Source: Candidatus Kaiserbacteria bacterium RIFCSPHIGHO2_02_FULL_55_25
GTDB taxonomy: Bacteria; Patescibacteriota; Minisyncoccia; Phycocordibacterales; UBA2100
Length of the DNA: 64,000 bases
Reading direction: 5' to 3'
Assembly: GCA_001781335.1 (NCBI GenBank)
Contig: MFLL01000001.1
Span: forward strand, 25,626-89,625
The notes under the pieces were generated by a model that searched no databases, was not told the origin of the DNA, and saw nothing but the letters and a program-made list of their open reading frames with translations. Position numbers and translations under genes: made by a program. Shown here piece after piece: positions 1 to 10,325 of the stretch (within the stretch, counting starts at the first letter, position 1; every line of letters begins with the position of its first letter).

Positions 1-786
1 GTATTTGATGACGAAGATGTTCATCACGTGGCGGGGACTGTAGACCCGCGGCACGATATCGAAATTATCGATATGGAGCTCATCCTCGCGGACATGCAGT
101 CGGCCGAAAAACGCCTTGACCGCGTTGAGCGTGATTCAAAAGGCGGCGACAAAGCGGTCGTTGCCGAACGTGATGTATTGAGAAAAATTGTCCCCGCCTT
201 GCAGCAGGGGAAAGCGGCGCGCACCGTGGAGCTCGATGAAAAAGAGAAAGCGGCGGCAAAGGCACTGCACCTGCTCACCATGAAGCCGGTTTTGTATGTT
301 CTGAACAGGAAAAGTGGGACGGTGAATGTGGACGCCGAGAACGGTGAGCGCTGGCGTGAGCTCAAAGACTTTTTTGAAACAGCCAATGCGAGCTACGTGG
401 TGGTAGACGCCGGAGTCGAGCGCGAACTCTCGGATGTACACGATGACGAACGCGCAGATTTCCGCCGCGAGCTCGGCGTAAACGACGACGGTATCGACGA
501 CCTCATCAAGGCGGGGTATTCACTTCTCGACCTTATTTCATTCTTTACGACCGGCGAAGATGAGTCGCGCGCATGGACCATCCGGCGCGGTTCGACAGCA
601 CCGGAGGCCGGTGCGGCAATCCACACCGATTTCCGTGACAAATTCATCCGTGCCGACGTTATCCAATGGGACAAACTTCTGGAAATCGGTTCGTGGTCAA
701 AAGCGCGTGAAAAGGGTCAGGTTCGCTCCGAGGGCAAAGAGTATGTCGTCGAAGACGGAGACGTGATGGAATTTAAGCACTCCTAG
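1..786 (+). CDS. ychF: Redox-regulated ATPase YchF (5'-partial)
   Basis: Frame open from base 1; motifs LLTMKPVLYVLN, FFTTGEDESRAW, AGAIHTDF, EGKEYVVEDGDV. Confidence 0.96.
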   Translation, partial: VFDDEDVHHVAGTVDPRHDIEIIDMELILADMQSAEKRLDRVERDSKGGDKAVVAERDVLRKIVPALQQGKAARTVELDEKEKAAAKALHLLTMKPVLYVLNRKSGTVNVDAENGERWRELKDFFETANASYVVVDAGVERELSDVHDDERADFRRELGVNDDGIDDLIKAGYSLLDLISFFTTGEDESRAWTIRRGSTAPEAGAAIHTDFRDKFIRADVIQWDKLLEIGSWSKAREKGQVRSEGKEYVVEDGDVMEFKHS

Positions 787-830
787 TCGTCACTCGACAG
801 AAGGGGGTCTTGTGTCATACTTTACCCTAT

Positions 831-1781
831 ATGGACAAACCTAAGGTAACTCCCAAAGATTTCGTGCTTTGGCTCGGTGCGATGGCCGCCCTCTACGGAG
901 GCGTGGTCTCATTTATCACGCTCGTGTTTGACTACATTAATCACGCGTTTCCTAATCCGGTCACAAATTACTACGTAGACCAGTCTTCAAGCATCAGCTA
1001 CGAGTCGGCTTCGCTCATTGTGCTCACGCCGGTCTTCCTCGTCTTGATGCGCGTCATCCGCCGCTCCATTGCGGCCGACCCGTCGCGCAACGAAATATGG
1101 GTGCGTCGCTGGGCACTGTTCCTGACGCTTTTTCTGGCGGGTGCGGCGATGGTCATCGACCTCATCGTCCTCCTCAACACCTTCCTCCAAGGCGAAGACT
1201 TGACCACCAGTTTCCTTCTCAAAGTTCTCACCGTGCTTCTCGTGACAGGGCTCGGGTTTATGCACTTCATGGCCGACCTTTGGGGGTACTGGGACCGTGA
1301 GAAAGCGCGGGCGCGAATGGTGAATTACGCGGTCGGAGTGCTTGTGCTCGTCACCATCATCGCCGGATTCTTCATCATCGGCACACCGCAACAGATGCGC
1401 GCACTAAAACAAGACGCTATCCGCGTGCAGGACCTGCAGAACATTCAGTGGCAGATTGTCAATTACTGGCAGCAAAAAGAGAAACTTCCGGCGGTTCTCG
1501 AGAATGTGAACGACCCGATAAGCAACAATCCCATTCCGAACGACCCGCAGACCGGTGAAGCGTACACGTACAAGATGACGGGTAAAATGTCTTTCCAGCT
1601 TTGCGCTACTTTCGCGACAGCGGGAGGAGGTCTGCAATATGGTTACGTCGAGCGCGCCGTTGAACCCATGGCCATAGACGGCAAACCTACACAAGACAAC
1701 TGGCAGCATGATGCCGGCGAGGTTTGCTTTGACCGCGCCATAGATCCTGAAAGATACCCCCCTTATTCGAAGACGCGGTAA
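831..1781 (+). CDS. Multi-pass membrane protein, DUF5671-like
   Basis: MDKPKVTPKDF start, about 5 TM segments, C-terminal DPQTG..Y.Y..FQLCATF..W.H..G..CF pattern recalled from CPR DUF5671 proteins. Confidence 0.7.
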   Translation: MDKPKVTPKDFVLWLGAMAALYGGVVSFITLVFDYINHAFPNPVTNYYVDQSSSISYESASLIVLTPVFLVLMRVIRRSIAADPSRNEIWVRRWALFLTLFLAGAAMVIDLIVLLNTFLQGEDLTTSFLLKVLTVLLVTGLGFMHFMADLWGYWDREKARARMVNYAVGVLVLVTIIAGFFIIGTPQQMRALKQDAIRVQDLQNIQWQIVNYWQQKEKLPAVLENVNDPISNNPIPNDPQTGEAYTYKMTGKMSFQLCATFATAGGGLQYGYVERAVEPMAIDGKPTQDNWQHDAGEVCFDRAIDPERYPPYSKTR

Positions 1782-1788
1782 GGCATAT

Positions 1789-1820
1789 AAAGAACCGCCG
1801 GCTCCCGCCGGCGGTTCTTT
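1789..1820 (+). terminator. Intrinsic terminator hairpin
   Basis: AAAGAACCGCCGGC-TCCC-GCCGGCGGTTCTTT directly after the stop codon. Confidence 0.8.
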
Positions 1821-1858
1821 TATAGCCCGATGGTGCGTGGTAATCTGGTACCAACCTC

Positions 1859-4800
1859 ATGAAAAACTACGACCATAAAGGCATAGAGAAGAAATGGCAG
1901 GATTTCTGGACCAAGAACAAGATTTACACGACCCCTGACTCCGCGCCAAAGAAAGATAATTTCTATCTCCTCGTCGAGTTCCCGTACCCCTCTGGCAACC
2001 TCCATGTCGGCCATTGGTACGCCTTTGCGGTGCCGGACATTTTGGCCCGTTATCACCGCATGCAGGGCAAAAATGTCCTCTATCCGATAGGGTTTGATGC
2101 ATTCGGACTCCCTGCGGAAAACGCCGCCATCAAGAACAAGCTCAACCCACGCAAATGGACGGAAGGGAACATCGCGTACATGAAGAAGCAGATTCAGTCG
2201 ATGGGCACATCGTTCGACTGGTCGCGCGAGGTCGTCACGTGCGACCCGTCGTACTACAAATGGACACAGTGGCTCTTCTTACAGCTCTACAAGAGAGGGC
2301 TCGTCTATCAGAAGGAGACGGCGGTCAATTGGTGCCCCAAGGATAAGACGGTGCTCGCCAATGAGCAGGTCGTCGACGGCAAGTGCGAGCGTTGTGATAC
2401 GGAAGTCGAGCAGCGGCAGATGCTCCAGTGGAATATCAAGATTACCGATTATGCCGACCGTCTCATAGAAGACCTCGAGCCGCTCAACTGGCCGGAGCAG
2501 ATAAAAGAATCGCAAAGGAATTGGATAGGCCGCTCAGAGGGTGCGGAGATTGATTTTCCGCTTGAAATGGGCAAAAAATACAAGTTCGTCTACCTGCACG
2601 GGTATAAGAGTAAGGCTGACAGACCCCGCAATCATTGGTACAGGGCAGGTTTGGAGGCGCTTGGACATGAGGTGATAATACCGGACTTGCCGAATTCAAA
2701 TAATCCAGTCGAAGAGGAGCAAGTAAAAATTGCGATTGAGGCTACGGATTACGACGAAAACACTGTTCTTATTGGGCACAGCTTGGGTGCTGTTGTTGCG
2801 ATGAAGGCGCTTCAAAAAATGAACAAAAAGATAGCACGGCTCGTGCTTATTGCGCCTACGATTGACCCTGCGTTTCCGGGCGCTGAAGAGAGACCGTTCC
2901 ACAAAACCTTTAAATGGGACATTGACTATGAATTGCTGAAGAAACTGGCGCCCAATCGGCTTCTTCTTTCTGATCTGAAAGAGCCTGAAGTCAGAATCAA
3001 TTACATTCGCCACCTCGCGCCGAAACTGGATGCGCAACTCGTTGAAACTCACGCAACTCAAGAACACTTTACGGGTGACAAAGAACCAGACGTTCTAATG
3101 TGGTTGCGACCGACAATACGCGTGTTCACGACCCGCTCCGACACGCTCTTCGGTGCAACATACCTCGTGCTTGCGCCCGAACACCAATTTATCAGGCAGT
3201 TCTACACAAGTCAGACTTCCTTGAATAAGGCAGAGGTCCAGCAATATGTCAATACTGCATTGAAGAGGAGCGACCTTGAACGCCAGACTGACCAGAAAAA
3301 TAAAACCGGGGTGAGGCTCGAAGGGGTAAGCGCAATGAATCCTGCTACGGGGGAGAAGGTACCGCTTTATGTGGCGGATTACGTACTCGGGCACTATGGC
3401 ACCGGTGCCATCATGGCCGTGCCCGCGCACGATGAACGCGACCACGAATTCGCGGAGAAGTTCGGGCTTCCCATCAGGGAAGTTGTCGAGCCCCTCGTCG
3501 TTGCCACGAGTGGCTTTGATGCTATTCATCAGGACGAACCGTTCCAGGAGCGCAACAGCATCATTGCCATCGTGAAGCACTGGTCGGAAGACAAATACAT
3601 TTGTCTCGCGTGGAAGCCGGCAGAATGGAAAGGCTTTGTCGTTGGTGGTATCGAAAAGGGTGAAGATGCCATCGCGGCCGGTGTACGCGAGATCGTCGAA
3701 GAGACCGGGTATCAAAAGCCCACGTTCATACGTCAGCTCGGCGGCACCATTCACGACAAGTTCTATCACACGATAAAAAGGGTCAACACGTTCGCTCACT
3801 TCACGCCGCTCTTGTTCCAGTTGGAAGACGGAACACATGTCGACATCGCAGATACCGAGAAAGATTTGCATGACGTACATTGGGTCGATGCCGATAAGGT
3901 CGCGAATTTTGTGAACAGTCGCGACATCAAGGTCGCTTGGGCGCGAGTGAGCGGTAAGAATATATATACAGGGGAGGGGATACTCAGCAATTCAGGAACA
4001 TTCAGCGGATTGATGACGGAAGAAGGCCGTAAGCAGATGGCCGAGAAATTCGGACGCACGAAGAAAATGTACAAGCTGCGTGATTGGATAGTCAGCCGTC
4101 AGCGGTATTGGGGCGTGCCGATTCCGATGATTCACTGCGAGAAATGCGGCATCGTACCGGTGCCCGACAAGGACTTGCCGGTGGAATTGCCGGAGGTAAA
4201 AGATTATTTGCCGGAGGGAAGCGGGAAGTCGCCGCTCGCAAAGGTCAAAAAATTTGTGGACACGGCGTGTCCTAAATGTGGGGGGAAGGCGAAACGGGAA
4301 ACTGACACGCTCGATACATTTGTAGATTCTTCGTGGTACTTCCTGCGCTATACCGACCCCAAGAATCCCAAGGCCTTTGCATCAAAAGCCAAGCAGGCAA
4401 AATGGATGCCTATCAATCTCTACAGCGGGGGAGCGGAGCACACGACGATGCACTTGCTCTACAGCCGCTTCTGGCACAAGGCGCTCTACGACATGGGGCT
4501 TGTTGCCGACGCGGAGCCATACACCCGCCGCATGAACAGAAGCATTATTCTCGGTCCCGACGGACAAAAGATGAGTAAGTCGCACGGCAACGTAATCGAC
4601 CCCGACGAGGTGGTGGCGCGACTCGGTGCCGACACGGTACGCATGTATTTGGCCTTCGTAGGGCCGTATAACGAGGTTTCCAGCTTCCCATGGAATCCCG
4701 ACGGTGTGGTGGGTGTGAGGCGTTTTCTGGAGCGCGTATGGCGCCTGCAGGAGAAAGTCGGCACAGAGGATGCCGGCGCACTCTCCTCGGCTCTGCATAA

Positions 4801-5236
4801 GGCAATAAAGAAAGTGGGCGAGGATATTGCGGCGCAAAAGTTCAACACCGCGATAAGTCAGCTCATGATTTTGCTCAATGACATGGAGAAGCGGGAATCA
4901 CTATCGCGTAACGAGTGGACAACATTTCTGCGGTTGCTCGCGCCGTTCGCGCCGCACATGGCGGAAGAATTGTGGAGTAGTGCAGGCAACAAAAAATCCA
5001 TCCACGTCCAGAAGTGGCCGCAGTACGATGAAAAATATCTTGTCGACGAAGAAGTTACGTACGGCATTCAAATCGACGGCAAAACACGCGACGAAGTTCG
5101 CGTACCGACCGATGCCGACAAAGAGACTGTTGAAAAAGCTGCACGCGACGTCGTTGCCGCCCGACTGGAAGGAAAGACTATAAAGCGGACTATTGTCGTG
5201 CCAAAGAGGTTGGTGAATTTTGTACTCGAGACATAA
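1859..5236 (+). CDS. leuS: Leucine--tRNA ligase with inserted alpha/beta-hydrolase and Nudix domains
   Basis: FPYPSGNLHVGH (HIGH), WIGRSEG, FTTRSDTLFGATY, GTGAIMAVPAHD, SRQRYWG, KMSKS; 1125 aa because of inserts carrying GHSLG and GGIEKGEDAIAAGVREIVEETG. Confidence 0.97.
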   Translation: MKNYDHKGIEKKWQDFWTKNKIYTTPDSAPKKDNFYLLVEFPYPSGNLHVGHWYAFAVPDILARYHRMQGKNVLYPIGFDAFGLPAENAAIKNKLNPRKWTEGNIAYMKKQIQSMGTSFDWSREVVTCDPSYYKWTQWLFLQLYKRGLVYQKETAVNWCPKDKTVLANEQVVDGKCERCDTEVEQRQMLQWNIKITDYADRLIEDLEPLNWPEQIKESQRNWIGRSEGAEIDFPLEMGKKYKFVYLHGYKSKADRPRNHWYRAGLEALGHEVIIPDLPNSNNPVEEEQVKIAIEATDYDENTVLIGHSLGAVVAMKALQKMNKKIARLVLIAPTIDPAFPGAEERPFHKTFKWDIDYELLKKLAPNRLLLSDLKEPEVRINYIRHLAPKLDAQLVETHATQEHFTGDKEPDVLMWLRPTIRVFTTRSDTLFGATYLVLAPEHQFIRQFYTSQTSLNKAEVQQYVNTALKRSDLERQTDQKNKTGVRLEGVSAMNPATGEKVPLYVADYVLGHYGTGAIMAVPAHDERDHEFAEKFGLPIREVVEPLVVATSGFDAIHQDEPFQERNSIIAIVKHWSEDKYICLAWKPAEWKGFVVGGIEKGEDAIAAGVREIVEETGYQKPTFIRQLGGTIHDKFYHTIKRVNTFAHFTPLLFQLEDGTHVDIADTEKDLHDVHWVDADKVANFVNSRDIKVAWARVSGKNIYTGEGILSNSGTFSGLMTEEGRKQMAEKFGRTKKMYKLRDWIVSRQRYWGVPIPMIHCEKCGIVPVPDKDLPVELPEVKDYLPEGSGKSPLAKVKKFVDTACPKCGGKAKRETDTLDTFVDSSWYFLRYTDPKNPKAFASKAKQAKWMPINLYSGGAEHTTMHLLYSRFWHKALYDMGLVADAEPYTRRMNRSIILGPDGQKMSKSHGNVIDPDEVVARLGADTVRMYLAFVGPYNEVSSFPWNPDGVVGVRRFLERVWRLQEKVGTEDAGALSSALHKAIKKVGEDIAAQKFNTAISQLMILLNDMEKRESLSRNEWTTFLRLLAPFAPHMAEELWSSAGNKKSIHVQKWPQYDEKYLVDEEVTYGIQIDGKTRDEVRVPTDADKETVEKAARDVVAARLEGKTIKRTIVVPKRLVNFVLET
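3202..3220 (+). repeat. In-frame REP-like element inside leuS (YTSQTS)
   Basis: CTACACAAGTCAGACTTCC matches the reverse complement of 18917-18935 at 18/19 nt. Confidence 0.7.
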
Positions 5237-5301
5237 ATAGTTGTCGATATGTATATCCTTACGTCTGGTCAATGGTGCGGTTGTAGGGACACGCCGCAAG
5301 T

Positions 5302-6771
5302 TCAGCGCATGCGGATTTCGGGACCTTCCGATGTGTCTTTGATATCGTAGCCCGCTTCGGCTATTGCCACGCGAAGCTCATCGGCGCGCGTCCAGTCTTT
5401 GCCGGTACGCGCTTCCTCCCGTTGCGCTACAAGTAGTGCGACTTCGGCCGGTAAATCATCAACACTGACGGTATCGGCGACGGGAACGTTGAGCGCTTCT
5501 ACACTGCCCAATCCGAGCCCAAGCACGCGGTCTGCGTAGCGCACCGTAGCGGAAATATCCGCGGCGGAAAGTGAACCGTCTTTTGTCGCGTCCCACAGCA
5601 CAGCAAGCGCGCCCGGCGTGTCGAGGTCGTCGTTGAGCCTCTCATGAAAACGGGCACGATATGTTTCCGCCACTACGCCGCCGTCTTCTTGTGCATATTG
5701 CGCGAGACGGGAGAGCGCTGTCGAAGAAGCTTGCAATGCTTCCCAGCTGAAATTGGCGTTCGTCCGGTAGTGCGCGCCGAGGAACAAATAGCGAAGCGCG
5801 AGCGGATGGAAGCCGCGCTCTATGACATCGGAAAGGTAGACGACATTGCCGGCTGATTTGGCGAGTTTGCCGCCCTGAAATTGGATGTGTGCGCGGTGTA
5901 GCCAGAAGCGGGAGAGCGGGCGCTTGCCTATGGCTCCTTCCGACTGCGCTATCTCGTTGTTGTGATGCACCGGTATGTGCTCAATGCCGCCGGTGTGGAT
6001 GTCTATTTGCTCGCCGAGTGTTTTTCGTATCATCGCGGAGCATTCGATATGCCAGCCGGGGAAACCTTGTCCCCACGGGCTCTCCCATCCGATTTTTTCA
6101 TCAAATTTCCACAGCACAAAATCGGTCGGACTGCGTTTACCGGCAACCGCCGCGACACGCGCGCCCTCGCGCAGTCCTTTGATATCAATGCCGCCCAGCT
6201 CGCCGTAGCGGGGGAAATGTGCGGTGTCGAAATAGACGCCGCCTTCGGCTGTGTAGGCATAGCTTTTGTCCATCAGCGCGTGAATCATTGCGATTTGCGC
6301 CGGTATGTAATCACTTGCACGCGGAAATTCTATGCGCGCCGTATCTATGTTGAGCGAGCGGAGGTCGTCGAGAAACATGGCGGTGTACTTTTCTCCGAGC
6401 GCGCGCATGTTCTCGAGCGTAAAATTCATCTTTTCGCTCTTGAGCCCCTTGGACATTTTGTCCTCGCCCTCATCGGCATCCGACGTCAGATGGCCGACGT
6501 CGGTGATGTTGATGACCTGCTTCACTTTGAAACCGTTGTATTCCAGTGCTCTCTTCAGCACGTCGGTAAACACGAACATGCTGAGATTACCGATGTGCTG
6601 GCGGCCGTAGACAGTGGGGCCGCAGTTGTACATGCGTACGGTGTGCGCCTGCGGCGGCATGATAAACGGCTCGTCTTTGCCCGACAGAGTGTTGTGGAGA
6701 TACAGCGGCAATTTTGCAGTCGAGACCGGAGCCGGAGCGAACAGCGTTCGCCATTTTGAGAAAGGCCACAT
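5302..6771 (-). CDS. cysS: Cysteine--tRNA ligase
   Basis: MYNCGPTVY, HIGN, GFPGWHIECSAM, DIHTGG, HHNNEIAQ, KLAKS; start could also be 6783. Confidence 0.97.
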   Translation of the reverse strand: MWPFSKWRTLFAPAPVSTAKLPLYLHNTLSGKDEPFIMPPQAHTVRMYNCGPTVYGRQHIGNLSMFVFTDVLKRALEYNGFKVKQVINITDVGHLTSDADEGEDKMSKGLKSEKMNFTLENMRALGEKYTAMFLDDLRSLNIDTARIEFPRASDYIPAQIAMIHALMDKSYAYTAEGGVYFDTAHFPRYGELGGIDIKGLREGARVAAVAGKRSPTDFVLWKFDEKIGWESPWGQGFPGWHIECSAMIRKTLGEQIDIHTGGIEHIPVHHNNEIAQSEGAIGKRPLSRFWLHRAHIQFQGGKLAKSAGNVVYLSDVIERGFHPLALRYLFLGAHYRTNANFSWEALQASSTALSRLAQYAQEDGGVVAETYRARFHERLNDDLDTPGALAVLWDATKDGSLSAADISATVRYADRVLGLGLGSVEALNVPVADTVSVDDLPAEVALLVAQREEARTGKDWTRADELRVAIAEAGYDIKDTSEGPEIRMR

Positions 6772-6773
6772 AC

Positions 6774-7685
6774 TTAGAGCCATTTTTTGTGTTTAAAGAA
6801 GACAAACATGGCAATGCCGACAGACATGACCGCGCCGACGATTATCCAGAAATCATGCGGAGTTCCGATTATAGGATTGTCTCTCGCGGCGACGCCGAGA
6901 ATTGCGACGAGTAGTGCAAGAGGGAATGTGAATAGCGCCATGATGGTCAGCATGCGCATTGTTTCGTTTTGCTTGGTGGTGAGAAGGGAATTGTTGGTTT
7001 CGCGAAGCTCATGGAGAAATTCGGTACTGCGCATGATGTGATTGTGTACGCGGTAGTACTCGTTGGAAAGTGTGCGCAGGAAGGGGCGGAACCCCTCGCC
7101 CCAAAAAACAACACCGCCTTCTTCGAGGTCGCGCAGTACTTCGCGGTGTGGTTCGATGGTCTGGCGCAAATTCAACAGGTCGCGCGAGGTGCGCGAAATA
7201 GCGGCGACCATATGCACCTCGTCTCCCGAAAACACGTGGTCCTCGACAAGCTTGAGGTCGTGACGGACGTATTCGAGCTCATGTTCGACGGCGCGGTACA
7301 ACTTCTTGAGCATGTACAAAAATAGATATCCTGCGTGCTCGCCGATAGTGCTTTTGTCGAGAACTGCGTTGACCTCGAACACCTTGGAAAATTTGTGCAG
7401 CGGGTCGACGGTGTCGTAGCGGGTCGTGATGATGAAATTTTGACCGACAATGAAATCCACCTCCTGCTCACGTGTCTTGTGTGAATGGCGCAGGGCAGGG
7501 AAGTGGAGTACCGCATATACATAATTGCGGCGGAATTCGGCACGTGGCTTGCTGGCGGGCAGGAGGAGCTCTTCGGCGATATGCGGCTCAATGTCAAACT
7601 CTGCGGCGACGCGCACGACCTCGTCGCGCGTGGGCGATTCCATGTCAATCCATGTGATACCCTCGTGCTCGAAACGGGTTTGCAT
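6774..7685 (-). CDS. CorA-family divalent cation transporter
   Basis: ITWIDMESP N-terminus, LLTTKQNETMRMLT, two C-terminal TM helices; GMN motif degenerate (GVA). Confidence 0.8.
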   Translation of the reverse strand: MQTRFEHEGITWIDMESPTRDEVVRVAAEFDIEPHIAEELLLPASKPRAEFRRNYVYAVLHFPALRHSHKTREQEVDFIVGQNFIITTRYDTVDPLHKFSKVFEVNAVLDKSTIGEHAGYLFLYMLKKLYRAVEHELEYVRHDLKLVEDHVFSGDEVHMVAAISRTSRDLLNLRQTIEPHREVLRDLEEGGVVFWGEGFRPFLRTLSNEYYRVHNHIMRSTEFLHELRETNNSLLTTKQNETMRMLTIMALFTFPLALLVAILGVAARDNPIIGTPHDFWIIVGAVMSVGIAMFVFFKHKKWL

Positions 7686-7728
7686 TGCAAGCATTATATC
7701 AGTTTCGGAGTGATATAATCCTCTGGAT

Positions 7729-8973
7729 ATGGAAAACGGTCGTGGCATATCGCTTCTCAATGCCATCGGTATCGCGATTGCTGTTGCGGTCCTCGCTTTT
7801 GCAGGCGGGTCCGCATACGGAAGTTACCGTGCCGTCGCGTCGGGAATTGCGGGCGGTGATATACCTGCGAATGTGGATTTTTCGCCCGTCTGGCGGGCAT
7901 GGCATGTTCTCGATGAGAAGTTTGTGCCGGCAGCCGTCTCGACCTCGACTCCTATCGCCACCAGCACGGCACAGGCCGAACAGGACCGTGTCTGGGGCAT
8001 GATAAGCGGCCTCGCGGCGTCGCTGAACGACCCGTACACATTCTTTTTGCCGCCGGTAGAGAACAAGCAATTCGGGGATGATATGAGCGGGCAGTTTGAG
8101 GGCGTGGGTATGGAAATCGCGGTGAAGAGCGAGGTACTCACCGTAGTCACGCCGCTCAAAGGCACGCCTGCCGAAAAGGCCGGTATTAAGAGCGGAGACC
8201 ATATTCTGAAGATTGACGGTGTCGGTACACAGGGTATGGACGTGGATGCTGCTATCAAAAAAATCCGCGGACCCAAGGGTACGCAGGTCACTCTTACCAT
8301 GCTTCGCCAAGGTTGGGCGGAAACGCGGGAGGTAAAAGTGACGCGCGACGTCATCAATGTCCCCATAATCACAACAACCGCTCGCAAAGACGGCATCTAT
8401 GTCATCGCGCTCTCAAGTTTTACCGCAAATTCGCCCAATCTTTTTCGAGACGCCTTGCGGGATTTTGTAGAATCCGGGAATACCAAGCTCGTGCTCGACT
8501 TGCGCGGTAATCCGGGAGGATACTTGGACGCGGCTGTGGACATGGCGAGCTGGTTTTTGCCTAGCGGCAGTGTCGTCACGACGGAAGATTATGCCGGGCA
8601 CGAGAGCAATATCGTTCATCGCTCGAGCGGCTACGATATATTCAACGAGAATCTGAAAATGGTCGTCCTTGTCAATCAGGGGTCCGCCTCGGCTTCTGAA
8701 ATCCTTGCCGACGCCTTGCGCCATTACAAGGTCGCGAAAATCGTGGGTACCAATACCTTCGGCAAAGGCGTCGTGCAGGAACTCGTGTCCATCACTCCGG
8801 AAACCTCGCTCAAGGTCACGGTGGCCCGCTGGCTCGGCCCCGACGGCACCCAAATACCACTCACCGGCCTGATTCCCGACGTGATGGCCACGACAAGCGA
8901 CGAGGCCATCAAAGCCGAAAAAGACCCGCAGCTGGACAAGGCGGTCGAGCTACTGTTGTTGAAAGCGCAATAA
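7729..8973 (+). CDS. S41-family C-terminal processing peptidase
   Basis: DPYT, PDZ (GVGMEI), LDLRGNPGG, SASASEI, TFGKG. Confidence 0.93.
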   Translation: MENGRGISLLNAIGIAIAVAVLAFAGGSAYGSYRAVASGIAGGDIPANVDFSPVWRAWHVLDEKFVPAAVSTSTPIATSTAQAEQDRVWGMISGLAASLNDPYTFFLPPVENKQFGDDMSGQFEGVGMEIAVKSEVLTVVTPLKGTPAEKAGIKSGDHILKIDGVGTQGMDVDAAIKKIRGPKGTQVTLTMLRQGWAETREVKVTRDVINVPIITTTARKDGIYVIALSSFTANSPNLFRDALRDFVESGNTKLVLDLRGNPGGYLDAAVDMASWFLPSGSVVTTEDYAGHESNIVHRSSGYDIFNENLKMVVLVNQGSASASEILADALRHYKVAKIVGTNTFGKGVVQELVSITPETSLKVTVARWLGPDGTQIPLTGLIPDVMATTSDEAIKAEKDPQLDKAVELLLLKAQ

Positions 8974-8985
8974 AAACCAACCCCC

Positions 8986-9492
8986 ATGGATCTTCCTGAG
9001 GAATTACGGCCGACAGATAAAATAGAAATTCAGCTTCCGGATAACACGACAGTAAGCCTCTCCACGTCACGTCCAAAATTTCTTGTTTGGAAAGGACGCC
9101 CTGTCGATTTCGATTATGGAAAGAAACCCATACTCAATTACAGAGGGGAAGCGTGTTTTGCCGAACTCGTGATTCTCCGTATCTTGCTTGATTACGGGTG
9201 GGACGGTGTATGGGTTGAAACCTACGGCGGCACTCATTATTTACGAAGCATGCCCCATGCTTGGACTTTAAAATCGGAACATGTATCAATTCCACAAGAC
9301 AAAGAAGATTTGTTGCAAAAGATATGGAAAACAGCCAAGACAACAACGTGTTTTGATGTTCTCGCATGGCACGGTGACCAGTTGATGTTTTTTGAGGCAA
9401 AGAGGAGAGGAAAAGACAAACCTACTTCTGCTCAAATACGATTTATCGAAGGAGCTTTGGCCTGCGGAGTGCCAGCAACATCATTACTATAA
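8986..9492 (+). CDS. VRR-NUC-like PD-(D/E)XK nuclease, possibly C-terminally frameshifted
   Basis: CFDVLAW..FFEAKRRGKDKPTSAQ..F motif; lower GC than flanks. Confidence 0.6.
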   Translation: MDLPEELRPTDKIEIQLPDNTTVSLSTSRPKFLVWKGRPVDFDYGKKPILNYRGEACFAELVILRILLDYGWDGVWVETYGGTHYLRSMPHAWTLKSEHVSIPQDKEDLLQKIWKTAKTTTCFDVLAWHGDQLMFFEAKRRGKDKPTSAQIRFIEGALACGVPATSLL

Positions 9493-9542
9493 TTGTCGAA
9501 TGGACTCCGATGGATTCTGGAGGTTAAACTTCCGCGAAAACC

Positions 9543-9565
9543 TATAGAGGCGACGCCTCGATATA
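9543..9565. repeat. Palindrome downstream of RAYT-1
   Basis: TATAGAGGC-GAC-GCCTCGATATA; 20/22 identical to 10268-10289. Confidence 0.8.
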
Positions 9566-9573
9566 CGTGAATT

Positions 9574-10245
9574 TTACAGCGGAAGGTCGGCATAATATTC
9601 GGCGGCCCCGATAAGTGTGTCCCGTAGCGCAGGGCGTTTTTCGAACATGGACATGGCATCAGCGTCGAGGATCGAGTTCTCCGGCCTCTTTGCCCCTTCG
9701 TAATCCGGCAGGCTACTGTATCGATATGTTTTGAGCTTTTGTTCCAATGATCCTATGTTCCTTACATATCCCGATTTCCATTCTCGCTCGAATAGTTCAG
9801 CAGGATTGAGATGAATGTATTGCACGACATACTGCAGGTACGCATCGTCATCGATGCGTTTGGAACGAAATGGTTTGATAAATACGTTTCCAACATGCTG
9901 TCGCTTCACATTGAAGTACATACTGAAGCTCGTTCCAAGTTTTTGCATGAATGTACTGATTCCTCCGTCGGTAATCTCTTGCAGTAGCAGATGAAAGTGG
10001 TTGGGCATGAGGCAGTACGCACCAATGGAGACCAATGGATTGCCACGCGGCAGGGAAAGAAGGCGTTCGTGCGACGGGCTGTACATAGCTCCACGGCGAA
10101 TTGTACGATTGCCATTGCAAATGTAGAGCGCCTGCAAAAAACGTTCGTAATCCTGCTCGGTCTCGAACACCACATTTTTGTCGATACTGCGGGTATAGCA
10201 GTGGTACCACTCATTGAAAGCGAATTCTTCTCTGCGATATGCCAT
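9574..10245 (-). mobile_element. RAYT-like Y1 HUH transposase (copy 1)
   Basis: WYHCYTRS, YCLMPNHFHLLL (HUH), YFN, YIHLNP, YRYSS; flanked by palindromes. Confidence 0.88.
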
Positions 10246-10267
10246 TTGGGTATAGTATCACCCAATA

Positions 10268-10289
10268 TATAGAGGCGTCGCCTTGATAT
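10268..10289. repeat. Palindrome upstream of RAYT-1
   Basis: TATAGAGGC-GTC-GCCTTGATAT. Confidence 0.8.
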
Positions 10290-10325
10290 GTGAGGATTTC
10301 CTGTGTTTTGATACAATGCTCAATG

